From contig NC_086098.1 in assembly GCF_963921235.1 (NCBI RefSeq), positions 1,922,001 to 1,986,000 of the forward strand: a DNA stretch of 64,000 nucleotides, written 5' to 3'. Shown here in pieces: positions 62,172 through 64,000 of this stretch. This DNA comes from Mobula hypostoma. Taxonomy: Eukaryota. The position numbers and the translations under genes are program-made. Numbering within the stretch: position 1 is the stretch's first letter; every line of letters starts with the position of its first letter. The notes beneath the pieces were generated by a model. That model saw only the letters and a program-made list of their open reading frames with translations, was not told the DNA's origin and ran no database searches.

Positions 62172-63105
62172 ACCTACCTACAGAAAAGATGTAAACAAGG
62201 TTGAAAGAGTGCAGAGAAAATTTACGAGGATGTTGCTGGCTCTAGAGGACCTGAGTTACAAGAAGAGATTGAATTGGTTAGGACTGTATTCCTTGGAATG
62301 TAGACAAGTTAAGAGGAGATTTGATAGAGCTATACTAAATTATGAGGGGTATAGATAGGGTAAATGCAAGCAGGCTTTTTTCACTGAGTTTGGGAGGGAC
62401 TACAACCAGAGGGCATGGGTTAAGGGTGAAAGGTGAAAATTTTAAGGGAAACGTGAAGGGAAACTTCTTCACTCAGATGGGCATGAGAGCATGGAATAGA
62501 ACATAGAACATAGAATAATACAGCACAGTACAGGCCCTTCGGCCCACAATGTTACCTGTCTAGTAGTCTCTTAAACTTCACTAGTGTATCTGCCTCCACC
62601 ACTGACTCAGGAAGTGCATTCCACGCACCAACCACTCTCTGAGTAAAAAACCTTCCTCTAATATCCCCCTTGAACTTCCCGCCCCTTACCTTAAAGCCAT
62701 GTCCTCTTGTATTGAGCAGTGGTGCCCTGGGGAAGAGGCGCTGGCTATCCACTCTATCTATTCCTCTTATTATCTTGTACACCTCTATCATGTCTCCTCT
62801 CATCCTCCTTCTCTCCAAAGAGTAAAGAGTAAAGAATGAATTGCCAACATAAGTGATCCACGCAAGCTCATGACCATCTGAGAAATTTGGATAGCTACAT
62901 AGATAATAGGGATATAGAGGGCTATGGTCCAGGTGCAGATCATAGAAACACAGAAACATAGAAACAAAGAAAACCTACAGCACAATACAGGCCCTTCGGC
63001 CCACAAAGCTGTGCTGAACAAGACCTTACCTTACAATTACCTAGGCTTACCCTCTATTTTTCTAAGCTCCACGTATCCATCCAGGAATCCCTTAAAAGAC
63101 CTATC
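62172..63105. mobile_element. Cluster of short CR1 3' fragments in both orientations
   Basis: Plus fragment 62172-62497; minus fragments 62498-62825 and 62941-63105 with catagaa tails. Confidence 0.75.
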
Positions 63106-64000
63106 CAGGACTGCACAAAGTGTACAAAACAGAGCAGGCACTACAATAAATAATAAACAAGACAATAGGCACAGTAGAGGGCAGTAGGTTGGTGTCAAGC
63201 CAGGCTCTGGGTATTGAGGAGTCTGATGGCTTGGGGGAAGAAACTGTTACATAGTCTGGTTGTGAGAGCCCAAATGCTTCTGTGCCTTTTTCCAGATGGC
63301 AGGAGGGTGAAGAGTTTGTATGAGGGGTGCGTGGGGTCCTTCATAATGCTGTTTGCTTTGCGGATGCAGCACGTGGTGTAAATGTCTGTGATGGTGGGAA
63401 GAGAGACCCCGATGATCTTCTCAGCTGACCTCACCATCCGCTGCAGGGTCTTGCGATCCGAGATGGTGCAATTTCCGAACCAGGCAGTGATGCAGCTGCT
63501 CAGGATGCTCTCAATACAACCTCTGTAGAATGTGGTGAGGATGGGGGGTGGGAGATGGACTTTTCTCAGCATTCGCAGAAAGTAGAGACGCTGCTGGGCT
63601 TTCTTTGCTATGGAGCTGGTGTTGAGGGAACAGGTGAGATTCTCTGCCAGGTGAACACCAAGAAATTTGCTGCTCTTAACGATCTCTATGGAGGAGTCAT
63701 CGATGTTCAGCGGAGAGTGGTCGCTCCGTGTCCTCCTGAAGTCAACAACCACCTCTTTTGTTTTGTTCACATTCAGAGACAGGTTGTTGGCTCTGCACCA
63801 GTCTGTTAGCTGCTGCACCTCCTCTCTGTATGCTGACTCATCATTCTTGCTGATGAAACCCACCACAGTCGTGTCATCGGCGAACTTGATGATGTGGTTC
63901 GAGCTGTGTGTTGCAGCACAGTCGTGGGTCAGCAGAGTGAACAGCAGTGGACTGAGCACACAGCCCTGGGGGGCCCCCGTGCTCAGTGTGATGGTGTTGG
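63106..64000 (-). mobile_element. Young Rex1/Babar LINE, continuing beyond the window
   Basis: Intact 254-aa ORF 63195-63959: LSPLLFTLLTHDC, KFADDTTVVG, LNVNKTKE, KFLGV. Confidence 0.93.

Noticed and set aside
1..64000. CRISPR arrays, operons, retrons, rRNA or tRNA genes
   Set aside because: None seen; the RT ORFs are LINE/LTR-derived and the tRNA-like boxes belong to SINE heads

Overview
Repeat-saturated vertebrate genomic DNA, not prokaryotic. The mix of CR1 LINEs, Rex1/Babar, Penelope-like termini, tRNA-SINEs and Tc1/pogo relics suggests a cartilaginous fish (inference). Almost all ORFs in the supplied track are transposon remnants. Between them, and missed by the ORF track, are three phase-compatible GT-AG exons on the minus strand (34565-34675, 30047-30140, 18528-18713). 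They splice into the end of the catalytic domain and most of the P domain of a kexin/furin-family proprotein convertase. It has a non-canonical CRGDL motif and intron positions that appear to differ from the classical PCSK genes. No other exons were recognised, so the window is probably mostly intronic. Other notable structure: a Gypsy LTR element with integrase before RT (Gmr1 order); several Penelope-like termini carrying minimal hammerhead ribozyme motifs, two of them in inverted-repeat form; a Rex1/Babar insertion flanked by a ~320-bp duplication; a solo LTR with a 5-bp TSD; and many nested insertions. Repeat boundaries are read by eye and approximate.
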